NCBI GenBank assembly: GCA_963719225.1
Contig: CAVRAY010000001.1
Span: 3,424,001 to 3,488,000, forward strand
DNA length: 64,000 nt
Reading direction: 5' to 3'
Source of the DNA: Thermoanaerobaculia bacterium
Lineage (GTDB): Bacteria; Acidobacteriota; Thermoanaerobaculia; UBA5066
A program made the position numbers and the translations under genes. Positions 38,676 through 48,278 of the stretch are shown one piece after another. Position 1 is the stretch's first letter, and each line of letters starts with the position of its first letter. The notes beneath the pieces are model-generated. The model did no database searches and was not told where the DNA came from. It saw only the letters and a list, made by a program, of their open reading frames with translations.

Positions 38676-39611
38676 CTATCCCGCCTTCGTGGCCGCCGAA
38701 AGGGCAGCCGTGGCGGTGTCATGCACGGGCGTTTCCACGCCGGCCGCGCGGCCGAGCCGGGAGACGGCTCCGCTGAGGTCGTCCAGCTCCGTGAGTCCGC
38801 CTCTCTCCAGGTCGACGAGGAAGCTGGGCTTGATGGCAGGACCTATGGAGTCGATGAAGGAGAGAATCTTCGAAGCCTCGTCGTCGTCGAGCCGGAGTCC
38901 GCGAGCGCGCGCCACCGCCAGCACCTCCTTCGCGGCCCTCTCGAGGAGGAGCCGGCCGTAAGGAGCGTCGCGCACGGGTCCGAGGGGCGCGCGCGCCAGG
39001 CCGCAAGCCGCCGCCGTGGAGGAGATGAACGCGAACTTCCGCCACAGGTCGGCCTCGATGTCCTCGGAGACTCGCGCCTCGGCGCCCGCCTGCTGAAATG
39101 CATCGACGATCCGCCGAACCCGCTCGGACGATTTGCCCGCGCACTCTCCGATCGCCACCCTTTGGAACGGGCTCTTTCGCTCGACGACCCCGGGCCCGAC
39201 CTTGACGACGCTGACCTGCGTCAGGCCGCCGAGAATCTGACTCTCGGGCACGCCGCTCTCGACGAGCCGATCCATCGCCTCCACGCCGTTCAGGAGGGGC
39301 AGGATCGCGGCGCCCGAAGCGGCGAGAAGCCGGGCTGCCGGCGCGATCTCCTGGAGCGAATACGTCTTCACGGCCACGATCGCAACGTCGCGGGTGCCGA
39401 ACGTCTTCGGGTCGTCGGAGGCCTCCACCGCGACCGTGAATCCCCCTTCCGGAGTCCGCACCTCGAGGCCGCGCGCCCTCAGCGCGTCCAGATGCGCGCC
39501 GCGCGCGAGAAACGCGACGGCGTGACCGGCGCGGGCGAGAGTGCCGCCGTAATAGCCACCGACGCCGCCTGCTCCGAGGACCGCGATCCGCACGAGGCGA
39601 GTGTATTCCAC
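38676..39611 (-). CDS. panE: 2-dehydropantoate 2-reductase
   Basis: RIAVLGAGGVGGYYG, AVKTY, LLNG, LWRKF, PSFLVDLERG..TE (start may be GTG 39593). Confidence 0.88.
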   Translation of the reverse strand: MEYTRLVRIAVLGAGGVGGYYGGTLARAGHAVAFLARGAHLDALRARGLEVRTPEGGFTVAVEASDDPKTFGTRDVAIVAVKTYSLQEIAPAARLLAASGAAILPLLNGVEAMDRLVESGVPESQILGGLTQVSVVKVGPGVVERKSPFQRVAIGECAGKSSERVRRIVDAFQQAGAEARVSEDIEADLWRKFAFISSTAAACGLARAPLGPVRDAPYGRLLLERAAKEVLAVARARGLRLDDDEASKILSFIDSIGPAIKPSFLVDLERGGLTELDDLSGAVSRLGRAAGVETPVHDTATAALSAATKAG

Positions 39612-39634
39612 GGGCCGCCGGACATAATCGAAGC

Positions 39635-40519
39635 GTGAACGCCACGATTCCGTTGACCGAGGCGCGGATGCTGAGCTTCGGCCTTCTTCCGGGCGTCATG
39701 GCGATCCTGAACGTCACGCCCGATTCCTTCAGCGACGGCGGGCGCTTCGCGAGCGCGGAGGCGGCCGGAGAAGAAGGCGTCCGGTTCGCCGAGCTGGGCG
39801 CCTCGATTCTCGACGTGGGGGGCGAGAGCACGCGCCCCAGAGGCAGCGCATACGGAGAGGGCGCAAGAGAGATTTCTGCGAGTGAGGAAGAGGGTCGCGT
39901 CCTGCCCGTCCTCTCTTACCTTCGCAGAAATCTTCCGTCCTTCCCCCTCTCGGTCGACACGCGGCGCGCCTCCGTGGCGCGCGCGGCGCTCGACGCGGGC
40001 GCAGACATGGTCAACATCGTCACCGGTCTCGATGCGTCCGATGAAATGCTCTCCGCGATCGCCACCGCAGGCGCGGCCGTCATCCTGAATCACTGCCGCG
40101 GAACCCCGCGGACCACCTTCGAAGAATCTTCTTTCACCGACGTCATTGCCGACGTTGCCTCGGACCTTCGCACCGCCCGTGAGCGCGCGATCTCCTCCGG
40201 AATTTCCGAGCAAAAGATCTTTCTCGACCCCGGCTTCGGATTCGGCAAGACGCCCGAGCAGAACTTCGCGCTCCTCGGCGCTCTCGATCGGCTCGCGCCG
40301 CCCGGCGTCCCGCTCGTCGTCGGCGCGTCGCGCAAGGCGTTCCTCGGAACGGTCGCTGGAACGCCCGTCACGGACCGCCTCCCGGAATCGCTCGCGGCCG
40401 CGGCCGTCTGCGCTCGGGCCGCGCGCACGCGGCCCGTTCTCGTGCGCGTCCACGACGTCGGCGAGACCGTCCGGTTCCTCGCGACCCTCGGGCGAGCGGG
40501 CCGTCCCGCACTCACGTAA
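39635..40519 (+). CDS. folP: Dihydropteroate synthase
   Basis: MAILNVTPDSFSDGG, DVGGESTRP, SVDT, DPGFGFGK, GASRK, RVHDV. Confidence 0.96.
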   Translation: MNATIPLTEARMLSFGLLPGVMAILNVTPDSFSDGGRFASAEAAGEEGVRFAELGASILDVGGESTRPRGSAYGEGAREISASEEEGRVLPVLSYLRRNLPSFPLSVDTRRASVARAALDAGADMVNIVTGLDASDEMLSAIATAGAAVILNHCRGTPRTTFEESSFTDVIADVASDLRTARERAISSGISEQKIFLDPGFGFGKTPEQNFALLGALDRLAPPGVPLVVGASRKAFLGTVAGTPVTDRLPESLAAAAVCARAARTRPVLVRVHDVGETVRFLATLGRAGRPALT

Positions 40520-40532
40520 CATCGCACGGGGA

Positions 40533-41858
40533 ATGCGCACACTTTTCGGCACGGACGGAATCCGCGGCGAGGCGGGGTCTCCACCCCTCGACGAGGGAAC
40601 GGTTTCCAGGGTCGGCGCCGCGCTCGTCGCGGCGCTCGTGGACGCCGAAATGGGGCCGCCGATCTCCGTCGTGGTCGGCTGCGACACCCGTGCGTCTTCG
40701 CCCGAGATCGTGCGCGCCCTCGCGGGCGGCGTCGCGGCCTCCGGTGGCCGAACGCGTTTCGCGGGCGTCGTTCCCACGCCCGCCGTCGCCTGGCTCGTGA
40801 CGCTCACGGACGCCGACGCCGGGGTCGTCGTGTCGGCGTCTCATAATCCGTGGAAGGACAACGGCATCAAGATCTTCTCCGGCGAGGGCCGCAAGCTGCC
40901 CGACGCCGTGGAGCTGGGTATCGAGCGCCGCATCGAGACGTCCGCCGCGGCTCCTCCCGCCGACGTCCATCGCGAGCTCCTCCTCGGAGCGGACTACGTC
41001 GCGCACCTCGTCCGGAGCCTTCCCCACCGGCTCGACGGCCTCGAGGTCGTGATCGACGCCGCGCACGGGGCGGCCTTCGAAGTCGCGCCCGCCGCGTTCC
41101 GCGCCGCGGGAGCGGAAGTCGTCGCGCGAAACGTCGCGCCGGACGGCCGGAACATCAACGATGGCTGCGGCGCCCTGCACCCCGAGGGCATGGCGCGTGC
41201 CGTCGTCGAAACCGGAGCGAGCCTCGGGATCGCCCTCGACGGCGACGCGGACCGGATCATCGTCGCCGACGACACGGGAACGCTCCTCGACGGCGACGAC
41301 GTGCTCTACCTCTGGACGCTCGAGCTCGAGCGCGAGGGCCGCAAGCCCGAGGCCGTCGTGGGAACGGTCATGTCGAACTGGGGGCTGGAGCAGGCTCTGA
41401 GGGAGAGGGGCGTTCGGCTCATCCGTGCCGCCGTCGGCGACCGCTACGTCGTCGAGGAGATGGAGAAGACCGGCGCGCTCCTCGGGGGAGAGCCGTCAGG
41501 CCATCTCATCCGCTCCGACCTGACGACGACAGGAGACGGCACGCTCACGGGCCTTCACATCGCCGCGCTCGTCGCGGCATCGGGCCGGCCGCTCTCGGCT
41601 CAGCCGCGCTTCACCCATACGCCGCAGGTCCTCAAGAACGTCAGGGTCCGCGAGAAGACGCCGTTCGAGGCGATCCCCGGGTTCGCGGCGCGGCGGCGCG
41701 TCGCCGAGGAGCGCCTCGCCGGCAACGGGAGGCTCCTCCTGAGGTACTCCGGCACGGAGGCGCTCGCCCGCGTCATGGTGGAGGGCGCGGACGCCGCCCT
41801 CGTCGATTCGGTCGCGAAGGACCTCGCCGACGCACTTCGCGAGAGCGTCGGATCGTGA
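40533..41858 (+). CDS. glmM: Phosphoglucosamine mutase
   Basis: FGTDGIRG, SASHNP..DNGIK, DGDADR, VGDRYV, GGEPSGH, RYSGTE..RVMVE. Confidence 0.96.
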   Translation: MRTLFGTDGIRGEAGSPPLDEGTVSRVGAALVAALVDAEMGPPISVVVGCDTRASSPEIVRALAGGVAASGGRTRFAGVVPTPAVAWLVTLTDADAGVVVSASHNPWKDNGIKIFSGEGRKLPDAVELGIERRIETSAAAPPADVHRELLLGADYVAHLVRSLPHRLDGLEVVIDAAHGAAFEVAPAAFRAAGAEVVARNVAPDGRNINDGCGALHPEGMARAVVETGASLGIALDGDADRIIVADDTGTLLDGDDVLYLWTLELEREGRKPEAVVGTVMSNWGLEQALRERGVRLIRAAVGDRYVVEEMEKTGALLGGEPSGHLIRSDLTTTGDGTLTGLHIAALVAASGRPLSAQPRFTHTPQVLKNVRVREKTPFEAIPGFAARRRVAEERLAGNGRLLLRYSGTEALARVMVEGADAALVDSVAKDLADALRESVGS

Positions 41859-43303
41859 GCCGGGGACTCCCTCTCGAGCCTTCGGACGACGAGCTGCGCC
41901 GCCTCTTCGACGAGGCCGTCCGGCGCGTCGTCGCGCACATCGGCTCGCTCGCCGACCAGCCTGCCGACGGGTCGGCCGGGGCCGCGGCGCTCGCACGCAC
42001 CCTGATCGAACGCGTGGCTCCGGAGGAGGGCAAGCCGGCGGGGCCGCTTCTCGATCTCCTGTTCGAGAAGGCGATTCCCGCGAGCTTCAACAATGCCGGC
42101 CCGGGATTCCTCGCTTACATCCCCGGGGGCGGGCAGCCGTACGCGGCGGTCGCGGACCTGATCTCCGCCGGCGTGAACCGCTACGTGGGCGTCTTCGCGC
42201 CGGCGCCGGCGCTCGTCCAGCTCGAGACGAACGTGGTCCGCTGGTTCGCGCGCGCCGTCGGCTATCCCCCGAGCGCCGGCGGATTCCTGACGACGGGCGG
42301 GTCTCTCGCGAACTTCTCCGCGATCGTCGCGGCCCGGCACGAGAAGCTGCCCGAGGATTTCCTCAAGGGCACGCTCTACGTGTCGGACCAGGGCCACCAC
42401 TGCATCCGCAAGGCGGCGCTACTCGCCGGCTTCCCCTCCGCGAACGTGCGCGAGATCCCCTCCGACGGCGCGTTCCGCCTCCGGCTCGACGCCCTTGCGA
42501 AGCAGGTCGCGGACGACCGGGCCGCCGGCTTCACGCCGTTCCTCGTGGCCGCGAGCGCAGGCACGACGAACACCGGCGCCGTCGACGATCTCGACGCGCT
42601 CGCCGATTTCGCCGGCCAAGAAGGCCTCTGGCTCCACACGGACGCGGCCTACGGAGGGTTCTTCGCGCTCACGTCGCGCGGCCGCGCGGTCATGAAGGGC
42701 CTCGAGCGCGCAGACTCGATCGTCCTCGATCCCCACAAGGGGCTCTTCATGCCGTACGGCACGGGCAGCCTCCTCGTGAAGGACCCCGGGACCCTGCGCC
42801 AGTCGCACAGCGTCCAGGCGCATTACATGCCGGGCATGCAGGACGACCCGGATTCCGTGGACTTCTGCGAGATCTCCCCCGAGCTCTCGCGCAACTTCCG
42901 CGGGCTCGAGGTGTGGCTCGCCGTCGAGCTCTGCGGCCTCGCGGCGTTCCGGAAGGCGCTCGACGAGAAGCTCGACCTCGCACGGGAAGCGGCCGATGCC
43001 GTGCGCGCGATCCCGGACATGAAAATCGTGGCCGAGCCGGAGCTCTCCCTTTTCGCGTTCCGGCTCGCGCCCCCGGGCGCGTCCGTCGAGGAGGCGAACC
43101 GGATGAACCGCGACTTGATGTCGCGCGTGAACGCCCGGAAGAGGGTGCTCATGACGGGCACTCTCCTCGGCGACGTCTTCGCTCTCCGCATCTGCATCCT
43201 GAACTTCCGGACGCATCGGGACCGCATCCTCATGGCCCTCGAGGACCTGCGGGCGGCCGCGCGCGAGGTCGCAGGGAATAATCCGGCCCGAAAGGGCATT
43301 TAA
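41855..43303 (+). CDS. Group II PLP-dependent decarboxylase (aromatic amino acid/GAD-like)
   Basis: GGSLAN, AGTTNTGAVD, LHTDAAYGG, DPHK (PLP lysine), ELSR. Confidence 0.9.
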   Translation: MSRGLPLEPSDDELRRLFDEAVRRVVAHIGSLADQPADGSAGAAALARTLIERVAPEEGKPAGPLLDLLFEKAIPASFNNAGPGFLAYIPGGGQPYAAVADLISAGVNRYVGVFAPAPALVQLETNVVRWFARAVGYPPSAGGFLTTGGSLANFSAIVAARHEKLPEDFLKGTLYVSDQGHHCIRKAALLAGFPSANVREIPSDGAFRLRLDALAKQVADDRAAGFTPFLVAASAGTTNTGAVDDLDALADFAGQEGLWLHTDAAYGGFFALTSRGRAVMKGLERADSIVLDPHKGLFMPYGTGSLLVKDPGTLRQSHSVQAHYMPGMQDDPDSVDFCEISPELSRNFRGLEVWLAVELCGLAAFRKALDEKLDLAREAADAVRAIPDMKIVAEPELSLFAFRLAPPGASVEEANRMNRDLMSRVNARKRVLMTGTLLGDVFALRICILNFRTHRDRILMALEDLRAAAREVAGNNPARKGI

Positions 43304-43320
43304 CGGGCGTCAGGTGACCC

Positions 43321-43863
43321 ATGAGACGACGTGATTTCCTCGCCCTGACCCTCCCCGCCCTCGCGGGCGCGGGCATTCTCGCCGCGATCGGCTCCTCCGG
43401 TCCCGAGAAGGGCCCGGCCCAGAAAGGATCCGCCATGCCGGACACCGCCACCGCCGCCGATCGGCTCCCCGACCACATCGTGAAGACCGACGCCGAGTGG
43501 AAGAAGCTCCTGACGCCCGAGCAGTACCACGTCACCCGGAACAAGGGCACGGAGCGCGCCTTCACGGGCCCGAACTGGGACAACCACGCGAAGGGCACGT
43601 ACGTGTGCGTGTGCTGCGACCTGCCCCTCTTCTCGTCGGATACGAAGTTCGACTCGGGCACCGGCTGGCCGAGCTTCTGGCAGCCCCTCACGCCGAACTC
43701 CGTGAAGACGGCGGAGGACCGGAGCTTCTTCTCCGTCCGCACCGAAGTGATGTGCCGGCGCTGCGACGCCCACCTCGGCCACGTCTTCGACGACGGCCCG
43801 AAGCCCACGGGCCTGCGCTACTGCATGAACGGGACGGCGATGAAGTTCGTGGCCGCGAAGTAA
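43321..43863 (+). CDS. msrB: Methionine-R-sulfoxide reductase with Tat signal
   Basis: MRRRDFL; [33 protein letters not shown]. Confidence 0.95.
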   Translation: MRRRDFLALTLPALAGAGILAAIGSSGPEKGPAQKGSAMPDTATAADRLPDHIVKTDAEWKKLLTPEQYHVTRNKGTERAFTGPNWDNHAKGTYVCVCCDLPLFSSDTKFDSGTGWPSFWQPLTPNSVKTAEDRSFFSVRTEVMCRRCDAHLGHVFDDGPKPTGLRYCMNGTAMKFVAAK

Positions 43864-43891
43864 GAAGCATCCGGGTCCGCGGCGCTGGCTG

Positions 43892-45544
43892 TCATGGTGC
43901 CGTCAACACGCGGTCGAGGGTCTTCTGGAGGTCCGTCCCGTGCAGGTCCGTGGCGAGGATCGTGCCGTCCCGATCGACGAGGATCTGCCTCGGGATCCAG
44001 AATATCTCGAACCGCTTCAGGGCGTCGCTTTTGAACTCGCCTCCCGCCCACGCGTTCATCCAGGGGAGCTTCCATTTGTCCTTGCGAAACGACGCGACGA
44101 CCTCCGGCTTCTCGTCGATCGAAACGCTCAGGATCTGAAACGCCCTGGACGCGTACCGCTCGTACGCTCGATGGAGGCTGCCCATCTCGCCGACGCACGG
44201 CAGGCACCAGGTCGCCCAGAAGTCGATCAGGGTTACCTTTCCTTTGAGCGTGTCGGCGGTGAGGGAGACGTTCGAGTCGTTCAGGGAGGGGAGCGTGAAG
44301 CTTGGGATCCTCTTTCCGACCGCGATCTCGCCCCCGAGACCCGAGTCCTTTGCGTGCTTCGTCTCGGGATCATCGGGAAACTCCGCGAGGAGCCGGTCGT
44401 AGAAACGCCTGGCGACCGCCGAGTCGCCCGCGTCGCGAGCCCCCTTGAACGCCGCAGCCAGAACGATCGGGCGCACCGTCGGGTCTTTCTGCGCCTCGGC
44501 CACGTGCCACGCGTATTCCGAACCGCCGCTGACACGACTCTCCCTTAAGTGTGCGAAGGCGGAGCTCAGCACCCACGGGTTAAGCGTCCAGACGCGCGAA
44601 CTCGGCGGAAGGTTCTCGAGTGCGCGGTGTGCCAGGCGGGGCTCGAGCTTGCTCCCGTAGAACTCGGTGGAGAGGATGCTCAGCGCGAGCATCTGGCGCA
44701 CAAGCGGGTCTTTCTCCCGTTCCATCCGATCCGAAAGGACGGCAAGGCTGTCGGACTCCTTCCCGTGCTCCGCAGGCGCTGCTCCCCCGTTTCGAGACGC
44801 GGTATCCCGGCGGTTCATGTCGTCGTACGCCGCGGCAAGCCGGGCTGCCGGGGACGCCGGTTTGCCGAATCGGGTCTCGCCCGGCTTTGACGAGCGTTTG
44901 ACCTCCAACGGCCGGAGCGTGATCCGGACCTTCCCGTCCTTTGCCGCCACGACCGAACGGTAGTCGCCGTCGCCGTCATACTCGAAGGTGTCGGCCTGCG
45001 GGCCGTTCACCCACCTGCCGCTTTTCTCGAAGCCCATCAGCTGGTACGCAATGCGGGGCTTCGCCGTCTCCAGTTCCACGGACCAGCTTCCGTCCGGCTG
45101 CTTCTCCATCGGTCGCGCAGTCTTCGGGGAAAAATCGTTGAAGTCGCCGACAACCTTGACGTCGGAGAAGTCATCAACGTATTCGTAGCTCGCGAGGCGG
45201 ACATCCACTTGAAGCGTCTGGGGCGTCCCGGCAACGAACGGAATCGCGGCAGACATGTGATTGATCCCCGTAAACCGGATGAAGAAGGCCCCGGTCTCAT
45301 CCGCCGACAGCCGGAACCGCCCGCGCCGGTCTGGCTCGACCGACACGTCGGGCTTGTCGTGCTGAGGTCGGGTGAGGTGGACGTGCGCGACCCTTAATGG
45401 ATTTCCGTCCTGATCGAGCAGGCTTCCCCAGACGACCGTTTCTCGAGCCTTGCGACCAGCCGCGCTGGCCGGCACGCAGAGCGGGGCGCCGAGACAAAAA
45501 ACGGAAAGGAAGGTGAACGCCGACTTCAGCATCGTGCTTTTCAT
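43892..45544 (-). CDS. Secreted TlpA-family thiol-disulfide oxidoreductase with N-terminal beta domains
   Basis: Signal peptide; VVGDFNDF (CBM48-like); C-terminal [12 protein letters not shown] and IP..ILVDRDG. Confidence 0.85.
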   Translation of the reverse strand: MKSTMLKSAFTFLSVFCLGAPLCVPASAAGRKARETVVWGSLLDQDGNPLRVAHVHLTRPQHDKPDVSVEPDRRGRFRLSADETGAFFIRFTGINHMSAAIPFVAGTPQTLQVDVRLASYEYVDDFSDVKVVGDFNDFSPKTARPMEKQPDGSWSVELETAKPRIAYQLMGFEKSGRWVNGPQADTFEYDGDGDYRSVVAAKDGKVRITLRPLEVKRSSKPGETRFGKPASPAARLAAAYDDMNRRDTASRNGGAAPAEHGKESDSLAVLSDRMEREKDPLVRQMLALSILSTEFYGSKLEPRLAHRALENLPPSSRVWTLNPWVLSSAFAHLRESRVSGGSEYAWHVAEAQKDPTVRPIVLAAAFKGARDAGDSAVARRFYDRLLAEFPDDPETKHAKDSGLGGEIAVGKRIPSFTLPSLNDSNVSLTADTLKGKVTLIDFWATWCLPCVGEMGSLHRAYERYASRAFQILSVSIDEKPEVVASFRKDKWKLPWMNAWAGGEFKSDALKRFEIFWIPRQILVDRDGTILATDLHGTDLQKTLDRVLTAP

Positions 45545-45948
45545 TCTAGGAGTTCCGTCGCACCTCCGGGGAGCGCTCGCGTGACGATGGCGTACTCCTC
45601 GACGGGCCTGCCGCCGATGAGATGCTCCTGGATGATCCGCTCGAGGACGGGCGGATCGCAGGCGCGGTACCAGACGCCTTCGGGATAGACCACGGCGATG
45701 GGGCCGCCGGCGCAGATCCTGAGGCAGTTCGCCTTGTTCCGCTGAACGCGGCCGCTCGTCGAGAGGCCGAGCTCCTTCAGTCGCGTCTTCAGGTAGTCCC
45801 ACGCCGCGTTCGAGCGGTCGCGCTCGGAGCACTTCGGCTTCGTCTGGTCGCAGCACAGGAAGATGTGCCGCCGCGCCTCGGGGACGCCGATGCCTCTCGC
45901 GATCTCCGCGAGCTTTTCCGGCGAGCCCTCCCCGTTCGTGCCGTCCAC
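45541..45948 (-). CDS. Thioredoxin-like [2Fe-2S] ferredoxin
   Basis: [45 protein letters not shown]. Confidence 0.9.
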   Translation of the reverse strand: MDGTNGEGSPEKLAEIARGIGVPEARRHIFLCCDQTKPKCSERDRSNAAWDYLKTRLKELGLSTSGRVQRNKANCLRICAGGPIAVVYPEGVWYRACDPPVLERIIQEHLIGGRPVEEYAIVTRALPGGATELLE

Positions 45949-45982
45949 TTGGTTTTCCCGCTCTGAAGGATAATCCGCCCCC

Positions 45983-46879
45983 ATGAAAGTCTTCGTCACC
46001 GGGGCCACGGGCCACGTCGGATTCCGTATCGCGCACGCTTTTCGGCGGGCCGGTCATCAGGTCTGGGGACTGACGCGCTCCGACAACGGCGCCACGCGCC
46101 TCGACCGGCACGAGATCCGCCCCGTCATCGGGTCGCTGCAGGAACCCGGCTCGTGGAAGGACGCAGAGGACGCCGCCGTCCTCGTCCACGCGGCGTTCGA
46201 TTACAAGGGCGACTCGTGGGCCGTGGACCGCGACGCCGTCGTGGCGCTCCTCGCGCTCGCGACCCGCGGCGCCGCACCGAAGACCCTGCTCTACACGAGC
46301 GGCGTCTGGGTTTACGGCGACACGGGTCACGGAGTAGCCGACGAGACGACGCCCCTTTCGCCGCTTCCGATGAGCCTGCCGCGCGTCGAGACCGAGAAGC
46401 GCGTCCTGTCGGCCGGAGGCGTCAAGGGAATCGTCATGCGTCCCGGCTGTGTGTACGGCTACGGCGGCAGCCTGACCGGGATGTGGTTCGAGGGGGCCGC
46501 GAAAGGAGCGCTCGAGGTCGTCGGCGACGGCCACAACCGCTGGGCGACCGTGCACGCCGACGACTGCGCCGACGCGTACGTCCGCGCGGCCTCGAGCGGA
46601 CTCTCCGGGGAAATCTTCAACGTGACGGACCGTTCCCGCGCGCCGGTCCGCCGCCTCGTGACGGCCGCGGCGCGCGCCGCCGGTTTCAAGGGCGAAATTC
46701 GATGGATCCCGGTGGAGGACGCGCACAAGAACATGGGCGACTTCGCGAATGCTCTCGCGCTCGACCAGCACGTGGAGTCGCGGAAAGCGGTCGCACGCCT
46801 CGGCTGGCAGCCCGCGCACGGGGGATTCGAGGACGAGGTCGAGACGTACCACGCCGCGTGGAAGGCCTCCCGCGGCTGA
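45983..46879 (+). CDS. NAD-dependent epimerase/dehydratase (atypical SDR)
   Basis: [37 protein letters not shown]. Confidence 0.9.
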   Translation: MKVFVTGATGHVGFRIAHAFRRAGHQVWGLTRSDNGATRLDRHEIRPVIGSLQEPGSWKDAEDAAVLVHAAFDYKGDSWAVDRDAVVALLALATRGAAPKTLLYTSGVWVYGDTGHGVADETTPLSPLPMSLPRVETEKRVLSAGGVKGIVMRPGCVYGYGGSLTGMWFEGAAKGALEVVGDGHNRWATVHADDCADAYVRAASSGLSGEIFNVTDRSRAPVRRLVTAAARAAGFKGEIRWIPVEDAHKNMGDFANALALDQHVESRKAVARLGWQPAHGGFEDEVETYHAAWKASRG

Positions 46880-46904
46880 TCGAGGCCCCGAGAGTCGCGC
46901 GCGC

Positions 46905-48185
46905 ATGGAAAAGGAAGTGTTTTCCTCCGAGGACCGCGCCCGGATCGAGGCGCAGGGCCTGACCGTGGAAGAGGTGCAGCGGCAGGCGGCGTTCCTTCGA
47001 GACCCGCCGCCCGCGGCGAAGCTCCTCAGGCCCTGCACGGTCGGGGACGGAATCGTACGGATCGACGAGAGCGAGCACGAGGAGCTCCTCGCTCTCTCGG
47101 ACGACGCGGCCCGCGCGGGCAGGCTTTCGAAGTTCGTGCCCGCGTCCGGCGCCGCGAGCCGCATGTTCGATTTCCTTTCCCGCGGCCCCGAGAGCCCGGA
47201 GAGAAAGAGATTCTTCGAGAGTGTGGACGCGTTCGCCTTTTCCTTCGCGGGCGACTTCGATCGCCTCGCGGCCACGCCCAAGGGCCTTCTCGCGTTCCAC
47301 CGGTATCCCGACGGCAACCGCACCGCGTTCGAGGAGCATTTCTTCGAGGCCGCGTACACGATCCGCGACGGGGCCGGGAACTGCCGGATCCACTTCACCG
47401 TCCTGCCCGCTCATCGTGCCTCGTTCGAGCGGGCGCTCTCACAGTTTCTCCCGCTCGTCGAGCGCCTGACGGGCGCGCGCTTCATCGTCTCCTTCTCCGA
47501 GCAGTCGCCGTCCACCGACACCGTCGCGATCGACGAGTCGGGACGTCTCTTCCGGGATTCGGAGGGGCGCCTGCTCTTCCGGCCGGGAGGACACGGCGCG
47601 CTCCTGAAGAACCTCGCCGAGACGGGTGGCAACGTCGTCCTCGTCAAGAACATCGACAACGTCGTTCCCGACGACCTCCGCGCGCCGACGCTCCTCTGGA
47701 AGAGGCTCCTCAGCGGCCTTCTCTTGCGGATCGAGCGTACGAGCCCGCGGGACCGACCGCTCCGCGCCTGCGGGGTCGTGCGCAACGAGGGAGAGCCTGG
47801 CGGCGGCCCGTTCTGGGTCGGCGAACCCGGCGGAGAGACGCGGCAGATCGTGGAGTCCGCCCAGGTGGATCTCGCGAATCCCGCGCAGGAGGCGATCTGG
47901 CGCGCGGCGACGCACTTCAACCCCGTGGACCTCGCATGCTCCCTGCGCGATTCGTCGGGCCGGCCCTTCGAGCTTTCGCGCTTCGTGGATGAAAGCGCCG
48001 TCTTCGTCGCGAAAAAGACGCACGAGGGGCGGACGCTTTTCGCCCTCGAGCGGCCGGGACTGTGGAACGGCGCGATGGCCTTCTGGGAGACGGTCTTCGT
48101 CGAGGTGCCGAAGGAGACGTTCGCGCCCGTCAAGACGGCCCTCGACCTCCTGCGCCCGGAGCACGCCCGCGCCGATAAAGTTTAA
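46905..48185 (+). CDS. DUF4301 family protein
   Basis: KFVPASGAASRMF, PKGL, FRPGGHGALL.NL, KNIDNV, NEGEPGGGPFW, THFNPVD, PGLWNGAM. Confidence 0.9.
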   Translation: MEKEVFSSEDRARIEAQGLTVEEVQRQAAFLRDPPPAAKLLRPCTVGDGIVRIDESEHEELLALSDDAARAGRLSKFVPASGAASRMFDFLSRGPESPERKRFFESVDAFAFSFAGDFDRLAATPKGLLAFHRYPDGNRTAFEEHFFEAAYTIRDGAGNCRIHFTVLPAHRASFERALSQFLPLVERLTGARFIVSFSEQSPSTDTVAIDESGRLFRDSEGRLLFRPGGHGALLKNLAETGGNVVLVKNIDNVVPDDLRAPTLLWKRLLSGLLLRIERTSPRDRPLRACGVVRNEGEPGGGPFWVGEPGGETRQIVESAQVDLANPAQEAIWRAATHFNPVDLACSLRDSSGRPFELSRFVDESAVFVAKKTHEGRTLFALERPGLWNGAMAFWETVFVEVPKETFAPVKTALDLLRPEHARADKV

Positions 48186-48210
48186 TAAGTTATTTAATAT
48201 CAATCTGTTA
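48181..48210 (+). promoter_or_regulatory. IHF-consensus binding site upstream of ppk1
   Basis: TATCAA-TCTG-TTA (48198-48210) matches WATCAANNNNTTR and follows an A/T tract in a GC-rich context. Confidence 0.6.
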
Positions 48211-48278
48211 CGTCAATAGAGGCGGGGCCGGGCCACGCACGGGGGGCCCGGGTCGCGGTATTCTCGCGGCCCCCCGGA

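Noticed and set aside
43892-47398. Apparent very long proteins in the ORF track (43892..47398, 5606..8359, 40850..43303, 50794..54147, 56168..58180, 50540..52453)
   Set aside because: Only the 3' parts are real genes; the 5' extensions overlap other genes in another frame or strand.
48176-48215. dif site or replication origin
   Set aside because: No XerD-arm TTATGTTAAAT match and no DnaA-box cluster; the IHF consensus fits better.
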